A DNA stretch of 64,000 nt from Rozella allomycis CSF55 (Eukaryota): assembly GCA_000442015.1 (NCBI GenBank), contig KE561209.1:62001-126000 (forward strand), read 5' to 3'. This document shows, piece by piece, positions 1 to 12,850 of this stretch (within the stretch, counting starts at the first letter, position 1; every line of letters begins with the position of its first letter). The position numbers were made by a program, and so were the translations under genes. Below the pieces are notes generated by a model. It saw nothing but the letters and a program-made list of their open reading frames with translations, made no database searches and was not told the DNA's origin.

Positions 1-37
1 CTTTTATCAATCAATTCTGCATATTTTAAATAAGAGT

Positions 38-703
38 TCAATTTATTTCACTTCCTTCTAGCTCCTGTTGTTCACAAGCATCTGCATCGCACTCTACGAG
101 AGCTTCATGATTTGAATCAAAGTCCCCCATTTGGGTCTGCTTCTTGAGAAAAAAGGTGATTGTAGCATCGCAATTCGCTAAATAGCTGGCATCAACCTCG
201 ATGTACGCCTTTTGCTTCCACCAATTCTGAACAAGGTATCTGACCTGTCCATTCACAATTCGATACCCAACCAACACCATTGCATGACTACCAAGTATCT
301 TGCCATCGTCCTTGCCAAGGTGTTGCCACTGGTTCATGTCCTTAAATTGGCTGGATACTTGGAAATTGGAAATCAAAGCAGGACCATAGTCTTCAAGGTT
401 AGATGCCAAATTTGCAGTGAGCAAATTCTTGCCTTTAAAGAACTCCATCTCAGTTGCCATCGGCTTGTCATGAAGAATGATCTTAAGAAATGACAAGGAA
501 CTCCCCCCTTCATTCTCCCAAATGTGGTTGTAAAGTGTCTTTGCTGGCATCTTCTTTCTCAAATAGGAGACCATGTCCAGCATTGGGATCCTCTGTTGAT
601 TGGTCATGGCCACAAGATAGTGTTGTAGGACAACTGGAGCGTGCATTTAGCAGAATCCAGATTTCAAGAATCTTTCGACATGTACATGGGCTTTCCCCTT
701 CAT
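38..703 (-). pseudogene. Papain-like (C1-type) cysteine protease, disrupted by an in-frame stop
   Basis: C-terminal HAMVLVGY...YLVQNWW carries the catalytic His/Asn. Reading upstream in frame gives KSGFC*MHAP, with TAA (647-649) directly after the catalytic Cys. The frame degrades further upstream. Confidence 0.7.
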
Positions 704-819
704 GTAGTAAGTTTGGATATTAATTATTAAACTACAAATAGGGCTACTAGGATACAATTAATATTCATTAATATGAATGTAACATTCATTCATGATGAAT
801 CTAAAATCTAAGCGACAAT

Positions 820-860
820 TGTCGTACCAGGGATTCGCATCCCATTTCTTAGAAAAATAG
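820..860 (+). repeat. Fragment of a dispersed LTR-like repeat (TGTCGTACCAGGGATTC...)
   Basis: Matches the starts of the copies at 47601(+) and 48177(-), but lacks one internal GGGATTCTCAT unit. Confidence 0.65.
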
Positions 861-1204
861 GTCATCATTAACAAAGGATCTTTGAATCCTGACGGATCTC
901 TGTTCTGATAGTATTTATAGAAAGAAGTTAGAACCAAGTCCAACCCCAAGGAAATATCCAATAAACAATCGGAGACCATCTATTCTCATTCAACTTCTGT
1001 TTTATACATTTATCTTTTAAAATTCTATCCAATTTATGAGGATTAAAATACTATAAGGGCATGGAGCGACAGTATTCAATTTAGTACTTTCACAAATATC
1101 TATTATTTCAAGGCTCAGAAGTCATAACAATTCCATCAAATCGGTTTTGAACCTTAAATAATTATTTCGCATTATTTAGTGAATCCGATATTTACGAAAG
1201 AGCA

Positions 1205-2065
1205 ATGGAGCAACAACTAATCTCCATGCTCATTTCAATTACGGTCATTAATCTCGTTACTTTAATTCTTCTTCCTCTGACGACATACTTCATGAGTCCA
1301 TTATTGTTACAGTTTCTGTTATCAATGTCTGTTGGAACGCTTCTTTCTGATTCATTTCTACATTTAATTAAATCTGAAACAGCAATTGGAGCACTCATGG
1401 GAATATATGTTTTCTTTTTATTGGAGAGATTACTCCAACAATTTCACCGCGGTCATGGTCATTCTCACGTTATATCGTCTTTGTTAATATTGGCGGATGG
1501 CTTGCATAACTTGATGGATGGGTTGGCAATTGGTGTTTCATTTGTTTCTTCCAAGGCTGTTGGAATATCTTCATCTGTAGCAATATTGTGTCACGAAATT
1601 CCACATGAACTTTCAGATTATACTATCCTTCTAAGTGCTGGCTTGTCTACCTTTAAAGTATTTAAGATATCTTTATTGTTTTGTGCCGTGTCATATGTTG
1701 GCGGGCTCGTAGGGTACTATATGTTGGTTTACGTAAATGAAGATTGGATGAACCAAGTATTGGCATTTGTAGGTGGAAATTTTATATATATTGCTCTTGC
1801 TGATCTGTTGCCTGAATTGCAACGCTTAGGTGGAAAAGACACAGCAAATTCACATTTCCATCGGCATGAATATCATCAACAAAGTGATGTGGAGGATCAT
1901 TCGTTTCACAGTGTTTCAGAGACAGTAAATGCTGATCAAATAAGCACTACTAACTTACATGCAGGGCATAACTTAAAACAAAAAGTGATTCCATTTCTAG
2001 TTCGACATGCTGGTCTTTGGACAGGATTTGCCATAATGATTCTTATTAAAATATATGAAATATAA
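1205..2065 (+). CDS. ZIP/SLC39 zinc transporter, LIV-1-like
   Basis: Multiple TM segments, HGHSH, DGLHNLMDGLAIG, CHEIPHELSDY, GNFIYIALADLLPEL; intronless. Confidence 0.92.
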   Translation: MEQQLISMLISITVINLVTLILLPLTTYFMSPLLLQFLLSMSVGTLLSDSFLHLIKSETAIGALMGIYVFFLLERLLQQFHRGHGHSHVISSLLILADGLHNLMDGLAIGVSFVSSKAVGISSSVAILCHEIPHELSDYTILLSAGLSTFKVFKISLLFCAVSYVGGLVGYYMLVYVNEDWMNQVLAFVGGNFIYIALADLLPELQRLGGKDTANSHFHRHEYHQQSDVEDHSFHSVSETVNADQISTTNLHAGHNLKQKVIPFLVRHAGLWTGFAIMILIKIYEI

Positions 2066-2196
2066 TTAAAATAAATTCTTCTTGATAGTGTTTTATGCCG
2101 TGACTTTGAAAGGCGAATGCGTCAAAAGAGTCGACGGAAAATTAATGCAATGCATGTCATGAGCTTAGTTAAAAGGATAATATTTTATGTGAAATT

Positions 2197-3968
2197 ATGA
2201 CAAAGTATATTGATGAGCTCTCAAAAGAAAGTGTATCATACTTCCTTAAAGTCATTCCTATGGTGACCAAATTCTCTAAAACGTCGATGGATTCTGTCAA
2301 TTTCAGCGTAGAAAAGCGAATGGCCCAAGTAAAAACCAGAGAGCGAGATAGAAACTCCATGGGTGAATATATTCATGATCCGCCCTTGTCCAGTCAAGGT
2401 ATCCCGTTGCCCTCCCCACTTGATTACTACCCAGTTTTACCACCAAGTGGCAAGCAATGTACTATTTCAGGAAGATACGGCAAGGCGTTTTATGAAATTG
2501 GTGGAGGAAGCAACATTGGATCTGCAAAATATAACGTTCGGGATATCTATGAAAAGTTGTTTAAGGGACCGTCTTATTCATTCGGTATAAAATCTAAATC
2601 ATGTTTGGATCGTAATTATTTTCGCCGCGTAAATTAAGAAACAACAGAGATTTCACCAGGTCCACTCCTATACAGTGTGAAGTACCAAAATATAGGGTCT
2701 AATGCTAAAAATGCGCCAAAAATATCTGGGAAAAAGGAGGAAAGACGTAATTAGTATGTTAGGTAATGATAGCACGGAATTTCGACAAGCCCAGTCCCAA
2801 CCAATACGTGTACCAGCATGAATTTGCGAAAGACGCGCCAAAATTTACTTTTGGAATTAAAAAAGAGGAACAAGGCAATCATATCTTTTATTAGAAAGGT
2901 TAGTGCCCACTACTCCAGGTCCCCTGGATTACAATGTGATGAAAAGCTACAAATTCATTGATCAAGCAGCCCCATCAGCAACTATGAAAACAACTGGCCA
3001 TTTATTTCAGAGTTCAGAACAGAGTGACGGTGTTGCGCCAAACAATTATGATGTTGTTTTGCCAAAATCTTCAAAAGCTGCATCATTGAAAGGAAGATAC
3101 AAGGAATCAAAAAGTATCAATTATTTTGTTGCTGTTAAAGCTTTTACTGCAAATCCTTCACCGGCAACTTACATAGTTAACGAAAGTGCTATTTATGCAA
3201 CCAAAAGATTTACATTGACAGCAAGAAATATTCCCTATCAAGGTAATCTTTAAAAACAATGACTAATAAGATACCAGTAAGGAGGTTTCAAAGCTGCCTT
3301 CTCCTTGTTCATACAACGCCAACTTTAATACCATTCAACGCAGACAGCCTGCCTCTGCATTATCTGGAAAACCCAAAGGTATGTATTAAAATTAAATCAA
3401 TATAAAACAGAAACAAAGAACGATGCTTTAGATAACCCAGCACCAAATGCATACAATCCAAATCCAACACCAACCATGAGGAGCAGTCCCAAGGTATCCA
3501 TAAAGTCAAAGCATTTTCTGCCACCTGGTAATTCTAATTTACAGCACTAATAGATTCTATACCAGGGCCTGGCGACTATGACATTGTTAAACCAATTGTA
3601 TCACGTCGTCTAATTGAAAAGATTGAAAAAATGGAGACCAATTCAAAACCAAGAAAAAGTATGCTTTGATATATGCGATTTTATGTAGAGCTTGAAGATA
3701 CATGGACTGCACCTGGACCGGCTGATTATGTCCCACTGAACAAGTTAGGGCAATGTGGTCCCAAGTATTCATTCGGCACTAAAACCAAAGAAATTCAGAG
3801 TAAGATATGTTTTTAGAAATAAGAGATAATCATACTCCATCTGCAGCAGACTATACCCCATTGAAGGCATTCAAAGATACACGAAGAATAACATTCAAAG
3901 GAAGACATTCGCCTTACGTGATGGTATTTCCAACACAACGGGTAGATTCTATCCGTGTCTCTGAATAA
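2197..3968 (+). CDS. ODF3: ODF3/SHIPPO-repeat (PGP-repeat) flagellar protein, about 9 tiny introns
   Basis: Repeated [TS]PGP..Y / P.YSFG units (SPGPLLY, TPGPLDY, IPGPGDY, APGPADY). It ends ITFKGRHSPYVMVFP...* at 3968. One GC donor at 2875. Confidence 0.75.
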
Positions 3969-4021
3969 AACCTTTTGCAAACTTACAATTCTAAGAAAAT
4001 GTTGTAAATGCAAAATCAAAT

Positions 4022-7000
4022 TTATTGAGAATATTGACTTCCAAATAACAATCTAGCCTTTTTAGTTTCTTCATCAGCATCTTTCGACTTTTTCGAAATG
4101 ATAGACATTGAATCATCTTCATTACTCAGATTCTTTGTTCGCCTAAACTTTTTAAACTTTTCTTTCACCAGTGAGCCTGTATGAGAAATCAAAGTTTTCA
4201 AAATATCTACTAACTCCCAATGTTATAAATTACCTCTTTTAATAACCATAATGAATTCCAACCAACTGCACGTCCGATCCTTGTATTCCAATGTAGAAAT
4301 CTTCAACAGAAAATTATCAATGTCTTCAATATTACTCTGTTTCCTTCCCCGATAAGTTAGTCTATGCGAACCGACATCAATTTTAACATGCACAAAAATT
4401 CTATTCCTCGAGGCTCTCGATTTCATTTTATTGGCATTCGCATCAACAACCGAAATAGAATCGACGGTAGTTAAATCTTTGGTATCAAAAGTCTCCTTTT
4501 TCTTGCGTTCCGGGTAAACATAGTGCATGAAGAGGGAGGAGAATGTATAGTACAGTTGAATTTTGAGTGGCGACAGATTGATGTTCAAGTGTTCGAGAAT
4601 ACTGATACCGCCAACAGGGGCAAGTTCTTTCCAAGAGATGAACAAGGAATAGTCATTGATAGTTTCAAGTGGAGAAAGAATGTCTTCATAGAGGGAATCA
4701 CGAAGTCTGTTTTTGATGAACAAATTTTTGACTTTGATGGAGCATTTAACAGAATTATCTTCAAAATAAGTCCACTGAAAATCAGAGTCTAGTACGCTGA
4801 CAGTGCAGATGGCTTCATTTGAATCCTTGATCATATCCCACGTGAAATCTCGAAATATAACAGTGTTATTGCTTGAAGGTTTTAGACTAGATTGATGTTT
4901 TTTCCTGTATAGAATAGTTTTGAATGCTTCAACAATGACGGATAATTGTTTTTGGGCTTCCTTGTAAGATTGTTTCACACTAAGCCACTTTTGATAAGCT
5001 TCAGAGTTGAAATCAATGTCATTGTTTGTAAAGATGTTGGATATATCAAGTTTGAGCATTTCAAATAATTGTCTGATTCTGTATTGCAGTTTAGACATTT
5101 CAGACATCAATTCTACAGAGTCAAAAGTGTCTGTTGTTAGAATGAGCATATTCATTTCATCAACTTCTTGCTTCTTTACAGGATCCCTATAAATGATTAA
5201 TTTAGTTATAATATCATAAAGGATTGTGTATTGCTGAGAAGAACAAGTAACTTGAATTTTTGGCGCCAAAAAGTAGAACGAATTGACATTATCAAAACTA
5301 AAGTCTTTGATTTTAAAGTTTGAAAATAAATTACCATTGTGCTTCTTTTTGAAGCTATCGTAAAAAGAATCGATAGTGAATTCAAATGGAATTCTATTGG
5401 AGACTCTTTGAAAGGAAAGGGTATCATGAGTTAAGCCAACAATGTAATCTTGTGGGATAAATTGCGGTTGATTGTATTTAATGTCAGTAGAAACAAACAA
5501 GGAAACATTTTGAAAGTTAACTTTTGTCGTTCTTTTGAATTTAGCGTTATTTTCTGATAGAATATTTGATTCTATGAATGTTTCAGGTGACAATAACAAA
5601 ACATGACCATTATTTGAATTTTCTGTTGGATTTTGAAATAGAAATTGAAGATTGTCAATTTTAACCCTTGTAATTTCTGAAATTTCATGATCTGATTCTT
5701 TTGAAATTTGAGGTTCTGAATTTTCTTTTGAATCAATGTCAATTTCATTTGATAAAACTTTTAGTAAATCATCAGAGAGACCTTTTGATAAAGATTTTAT
5801 TTTGTTTACCTAGTTGAGAGTTTATTGAGAGGATTGAATTTCTTTTAGAGTTAATTTCAGACAAGGCTTCTTGAATGAATCTGAGGGCGGCGGTTGTCAT
5901 GTGAAATCTGTTTAATCTACTTGAAGAATCTAAAGAAAGAACTCTGAATAGAATGAATCTGCAATGTTCATTGTACCAAACTTTTGGATTCTTTATTGAA
6001 TATTCATATAGAATAGAAAGATTTGGATTTATTTTTTCTAATAAATGATCGTGCCTTTTAAAGTTGTTTTGGCAATAATAAACATATTTTTGTAGATTAG
6101 ATTTGCGATCTACCAGGGTTGTAATTTTGTTTTTTATTTTAGAAAATTCCTAGATTGAAAAATGAAAAATATTTTACTTCCAGTTGAAGATAAGGATCAA
6201 TATCTTGTAATTTTAAAGTTTCTTTTTCAATTAAATTTGAATATTCAATAAATTTGTTTTTAAAGAATGGAAAATCATCCATATTGAATGACATTGAGTT
6301 TTTCAAGTTTGATGAATTTTCTGTTTTGTAATCAAAGAGAGAAAAATATAAAATTTCATCTGCAGATAGAAAGGGAGATAGACAAGTCCCAGACAATTCA
6401 AATTCAACTGAAGCGTCAATAGATTCATCATCTAGACCATTTTCACCAGGGGGTAAAATATAAGCAGAATTGAATTGATCTATTTTAATTTCAGAATGTT
6501 GCAAATCCCAAATTTGAATATTTTGAATTGTAGATTGAAAAGTGTGAGAAATGTGAAATAGAAATTCAGATTCCTTGCAAGAGAAAATAAAACCCAAATA
6601 CTTTCCATCATCTTCAAAACACAAATATCTAAAATTGTAACTTTCTTTGAAATTACCTTGCATTTAATTTGCCAATGTCTAGATTAATGTAAACATCAGA
6701 AAGATAATAAAAGAATTTAAAGACTTTTGATTTGTTTTGAATAAAGATTGGTGAATCATTTTTGAAATCTATTCTACCCTTGTTTACAATGTTTCTATAA
6801 TTTAAATGTTGATTAATAAATTTCTTAAACCAAATATGTAATTCTGGATACCAACAAAGTCTAGACGATCCATTTTCAGATTTCATTAAAGATTGAATTG
6901 TTACAGAGAATCCATTACTTCTAAACCCTTCAAATGAGTCTCCAAGGGTTGAAGGGTTTGAAGTAGTAGAATTAGTAATGTTTGAAGTAGTAGTAACATT

Positions 7001-10000
7001 CAAACTATTGGCATTACAATTTAAAGTAGTATAATTTAAGATAGATGAATAATACTTGCTCTGTAACTTGATGCTGGAATGATTAATGTTTCTACTTTTC
7101 CAATCAAACTTGAATGAATAAAAAACTTGATCTAAATGCAACACTAGAATTTCATCAAAAGGAAAATGATTATAATGATGACTACTTTCACCACTACTAG
7201 ATTGACTAATATGATCACTCTTGTTGCTAAACTTTGATTTAACACTCTTTTGATCACTAAGTAGAAAAGCAAACCCATTTTCATACAAAGAAACAGACAA
7301 CATTGGACAAGTACTAGTCTTTACAAAACACGATAATTTTCCCTTGATAAAGAATTCACTTTCCTTTAAATAAACAAGAGACAATAGATTAAATGAACGA
7401 ACAATTAAAGATTCAGAAATATTATAGGGATTCTTCAAGGGTAGAATGTAAAATGAAAATAGATCATGAAAAAATATATTTGATTTAAATGAATGCAAAA
7501 GAAATCTCATTTTATCCCAAAATGATAAATTTGGTGAAATTTCTAAACTTTCTCTTGTAAATAATGAAAATGATTTAATCAATTGACTTAAAACTGGATC
7601 AATTGATATCCCCCACACAATTGATGCTTTATCATACACATTTATTATCACAGAATTGAATATCTTTGTTGATAAACATGTTCTCTTTATTTTTATTTTA
7701 TTTATTTTTATTTTGTTTAAATTGTATTTTATTACATTGTAGTATTCATTTTCTTTTGTTTCTTCTTCTTCAACTACAACCAAGCCACCATAGCAATCTA
7801 ATTTATTAAATTCAAAAAAATTCATTGGATAATCTTTAAATCTCGCTTTCATTAAATCACACTTGAATCTCAAATAAATTCCAATCGCCATACTGTATTT
7901 ATTAAACTCTTCTACCTCTACATTCTTTTCAATCAAATTAAACATTTTAAACAAATCATTTCTATATTTGAAACTTTCAAACAAATTTAAATTCATGTTA
8001 AAATTGTCAATAAATAAGTTAAACAAGGAATTTTCCTTATCTAGATTATCATCTAAGCCACCAACATCACGTGCTTCCTCTTTTTCTTCTTTTAAATCTG
8101 TTAAACTATTTGAATCTTTTAAATTATTTGAATCTTTTAAACTATTTGAATGTTTGAATTCTTTAATGTAAAGATTTGAATTTAATTCTTCTAAAAGATA
8201 AAAAGTTTGAAATAGATCTGGATTATTCAACAACAAATTAACATTCTGACTTGAATAAGCCAACGGTTTCTTATAAAATGATTTTGAATTTAACGCGCCA
8301 ATCATTTCTGAATTCCATTCTTGTTCTGTTTCCACTTTATCCATCTTTTCTACTTGTCGCCAAAACGCTTTTTCTCTTGAAATTCTTTCTTTTTGATGTT
8401 TTTTGTTTATTTTAAATATTTTATTCAAATTAGATTCAAATTTATTGTCTTTAATGTCTAATAGAAATTTCTTTATCTGAATTTGTAGATTTACAACTGG
8501 ATTTTCATTGTTTTTGTTTTTAACAATAATTCTTTTAATGATTCCAATTTGATCAAATAAATATCCAATCGGTTCATTATCATGATGAATAAATTTAAAC
8601 TCTTGGAAATACAAAAACCAATTAGATTTAATTGAAGTAATTGTAGAAATAGAATTCTCATTTTCATATTCTTTAAATATTTTATCAATTTCTATCATTT
8701 CATTCTTATAGCCTGAATTTGATGGCAAAACTACCAATTGCTTCACATGCTGCTTTTGCTTCAATCTATATTCCCATTTATCATATTCTTCTCTTAAACT
8801 TTCCACTTTAATACAATCATTAATTAATCCTTCTTTCACTTCAATAATCTTTTTAAATTCTCCCATCTTTTCACTTTCTACAATCATCCTTTCAAAATTT
8901 ATCACTTTTCGCTTATCAACATCAACTTCAATACCCTCCACATTCATCACTAATTTATCATAATTAACTTGTTCTTCAATAAAAGGTAATCCAATTCTAG
9001 TTTTAAACTTGTCAATTTCCACTCTCTTTTTCTTTTCAATTGTTTTTATCAACTCAAACTTTATTCTTTTCCTTTTTTGCAATTCAGATTTTTCCAAAAT
9101 ATTTTTCAACAAAATTAAATCAACAATTTCAATATTATTATCAATTCTTTCAATTGAATATTCCACTTTATCCATTAAAATATTACTACTAAACATTTCA
9201 CACAAGATTACTCTTCTATCGTTACATTCAACTGTTATTTCATCAACCAACACATTGGCATTTTCATCAACAGATTTCCATACTTTAACATCATTTAACT
9301 TTAATCTATAAACATCCATCTTTGAACTTGTAATCAATCTTTCATCAACTACTTCATTCGGATGGAATTCAATCGTTAGACTTGGAAATGAAACTTGGAA
9401 ATTGCTTGAACTTTTTCTCTTTTTATTAAAACTAAATAATTCAGAAAATTCTTTTATTCTTTCAACTCCTTTAATAAAATTTAGCCAATTTAACTTTTCA
9501 TTAAACTTCAAATTGAATTGTTGAATTTTTAAATCATGAAAAATTGATTGAATTTTTTCTTTTTCTTTAATTAATTCTTGTTCATTTGAATTAATCCATT
9601 CGCCAATCCACAATGAACGTCTTTTGGGTCGCCTTTTGACTCCAAAACTAGAAAAATTCATTGTAGATTTTAAATACAAATCAAATGATCCAAAAATTTC
9701 ATCTGTTTGTTTAATTATATACAATAAATCATTCTTTATAAAAATATATTTTTCACTCTCATCTGATAACGTTGATAATTTCAAACAATCAAAATTTAAA
9801 TCCATTTTAATCAAACTCATCTTGCATAAGCCACTTTCTACATCAAATACAACTTGGAAATCTTTCATATTCCCATCAACATCTATTCAATCAATTAAAT
9901 TTATCCTACTTGGCGTTAAATTACAATTCAAATTCAATCCATTAACATCCATAACCCCAACTTGATACAATTCTTCTTCCTTTACAAAAAATCTTATAAA

Positions 10001-11179
10001 AATTTGGTCAATTTGACTAATCAAAAACATGCTTTTACTTTCCTCCATCACAACACTCGAATCAAACGGAAACTCTAATACTTTCTCTTCACTTTTAATT
10101 CCTCGCAACTTTTGTTCAGTCAATAAAACTTGCAACGCATTCATCAAACATAAAATATCACTCTCATTCACAAACAAAATAACCCTCTTCACTTCTACTC
10201 TCGAATCTAGAATAATTCCACTCTCCAACAAAACTGATGATACTCTCAACTGCGTCACATCAAAACAACTGCAAATTTTCAAATCTTCAATTTCACTTTT
10301 AACATCAAGTAAAATTCTTCTAACATTCAAACTCATATCATATCTCTTTAATTTACTCCATTCGATTTGACCTCTCAACGAATCTATCTTTATCGCTACT
10401 CCCTTCGCATTGTCATACACATCTCTATCTCTTAAATACTCAATTAGTTTGGATCTATCAATATCAATGTCCAATGTTTCCGCTGCATCAAACAACAAGT
10501 TGGCAAGAATTTCAACAATCTTTTCTTCTGGCATTTGTTCTGGAAACTTTATCTTTATTTGGGTATTATCCACACTCACTTTAACATCAAATGGTAAATT
10601 AAATCCCGGTTCACTCTCTTTGCTCTTTTTATTCCTTCTTTTCCCCTCCATAAACTTCATTCCACTGTCAATCTGCATAGTCCCCACGTGAAAGGAAATA
10701 CACAATCTAGAATTCACAAAAGACATCACTCCCTGAACTCGCTCCCTCAAACTAACAACAACATCCTTCCCACTAGTCACAATTACCTCTTCACACTCAA
10801 TCCTATTATCAATCAATTTCACACCACTAACAATAGTTTCCTGTCCACCAACATTCCTAATCCTAATGACATTCGCATTCAGCCTAATATAATAAAACAC
10901 CAACAACAACTTGTCAATAGGGAATTTCACAATTCGATTTTTTCCCCTATCCGGCCCCCCAACAATAGTCACTCTAACATCCACAAAATCAACATTAAAC
11001 ATTCGATCCAATACCTTCCAACTGAATTTTCCTATACTGATCTTGATTCGCTTCAAATTTATCGTCACATCTTCAAAGCCAGAAGTCGTCGTCTTGGAAA
11101 ATATTATTATAGACTTTAACAGAGATCTCACATACAAGAGGAGAATACATATTATTAGGCAAACTACCGGCCAAAACAT
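4022..11179 (-). CDS. FMP27: Bridge-like lipid transfer protein FMP27/Hobbit/KIAA0100 (BLTP2)
   Basis: N-terminal TM anchor, LSFWDKMRFLLH, Apt1-type APVGGISILEHL, MKSRAS, LEYKDRTCSW, KRDILKTLISHTG. The ORFs join via five 27-28 nt GT-AG introns. Confidence 0.9.
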
Positions 11180-11459
11180 CGATGAAAAATATCCGGAAAT
11201 TTACAATTGATAAACTGTCCAAAACGTGTTTGTCTTTTACTTTATGATGCCGTGACACCAATAATGATTACGATAAATGATAAAATTAATATTATCTTGA
11301 AATTATCTCAATTGAATTTATTGAAATACTCTCCTCACTAAATTTAATCCCAATGTCAGGTTAAAAATAGAAAAATGATCACGTCATTTAGTCAAGATGA
11401 ATTTTGGTGGCGCGTGTGAACAAAAATTAACGTCATCTTAAACTTTATTATTTTCGAAA

Positions 11460-11639
11460 ATGGATATCCTTCGTGCAGTTTCATTAAAACAAAGCACTCC
11501 TCATGCTACCAATAACCACACTCATGTTTCTAATGCGAATCTAGTTAAACAAGACCTACACGTCGACACAATGGAAGACTCGGTTTGCAGTATTGCTTTT
11601 CACAGAATTAATGACTTGATTCACAAGAAAAAGATATAA
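11460..11639 (+). CDS. Putative 59-aa small ORF (MDILRAVSLKQ...HKKKI)
   Basis: AAAATG start context, open 59 codons in an AT-rich intergenic gap; no recognisable motif. Confidence 0.3.
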   Translation: MDILRAVSLKQSTPHATNNHTHVSNANLVKQDLHVDTMEDSVCSIAFHRINDLIHKKKI

Positions 11640-11799
11640 ACAAATGGTTACGATGTTTTTTAGTTGTTTTTATGTTTTTTCAAAGGTTTTCATGAAAAGG
11701 ATTGTGTAATAGATTTAGTTCAAGATCAAACCTCAAAAATTCAAACCTAAATATGAAAACAATACAAAATTCAAAGTTTATTGAAAGCTACTCTTTACT

Positions 11800-12717
11800 T
11801 TATTGAACCAGACAACTTTCATTAGTCGGTTTCTCAACTTTTGATTTACTTTCTGATGGTGAGGCTATTCGACTCATTTTTTTGGTTAACTAATAACATA
11901 TTTGACTTAAATTCGTACCACTGCATTTTCCATTGATTTTGGCTTTATAGACACGTCACAAAGCTCCGATAATATTTGAGTGAAAACTGCATCAAAATTT
12001 TCACCTGATTTTGCAGACAGAAAAAAGGAATGAATATTATGTTCCAATGCAAAACCTTGTTGAATTTCTGGTGGTATCACCCTTAAATGAGAAATGTCAG
12101 CTTCATGTCGAAAATGTTCATAAATTACTTTTGCATCCAACTATACCCATCAACGGAGGCGCCCTTTGTTTGTGACGAGGTACTTTTAATGTTTCTATTG
12201 GGAATGTATCGATAATTTGTTGTGTTGAGAAATCTTCCATTTTCGATTTTTGACCAGTCAATGACGACATCATTGAAAACGAACTTGCACCATGTGATCC
12301 TTTGTTATGGGATCCGTGCCTCTTATTAATTGCCTTCGCTAGCCTTTGTCGCTCTGATTCTATGTGAAAGCCCGGAGGAATTTCCGGAATAAGCATTCTT
12401 GCTACTACTGGATACCAGTGCTCGAGAATACTTTTAAACATACCAAAGCTTGTAATGTCATAGCAGAATAATATACAGTGCGCGCCGCAAATAAGTGATT
12501 CTAATGCATCCCTGTCTCCTATCACATGTGATCCCACGTCCCAAATCTCCGCATTGGCATATTTTCCATTGTACATTAATACTTTGGCATCTAAGGTGTT
12601 AAGTCCTATAGTCCGCTTATATGTTTTAGATTTATAATCGCCTTCATGCAATCTAAGAGCTATTGACGTTTTACCACTACATGAATCGCCAAATAACACA
12701 ATCTTATATTGTATCAT
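11800..12717 (-). CDS. RAB28: Rab28-like small GTPase, 2 introns
   Basis: GDSCSGKTS, YKRTIGL, IWDVGSHVIG, GCKTD, LSAKSGE. After splicing 28- and 29-nt introns it ends in the CaaX motif CLVQ* (human Rab28 ends CAVQ). Confidence 0.8.
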
Positions 12718-12850
12718 AAATCATTCCAAGCCACCATCAATCAACATTAATAATACAAAATTAATACTTCAAGGTCAAAATAAATCGATATTTTCTTACT
12801 TTACGTTATTTGTTTGATCTGATATAAGTTGCCAAGCCATTGAAGGTAAA

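Noticed and set aside
647-649. TAA reassignment (alternative genetic code)
   Set aside because: TAA terminates many intact genes here (tubulin, RRN3, hexokinase); this is a single lesion.
8091-8160. Short tandem repeat (SN[SN]LKD x3) as a CRISPR or other array
   Set aside because: In-frame 18-bp coding repeat inside FMP27, with no spacers.
9868-9910. Frameshifts or split genes in FMP27, DNA-PKcs, tubulin and others
   Set aside because: Resolved by 26-32 nt GT-AG introns.
10029-11210. Overlapping + strand ORFs (also 41944-42408 and 25943-26275)
   Set aside because: Antisense shadows produced by strong base skew; no motifs.
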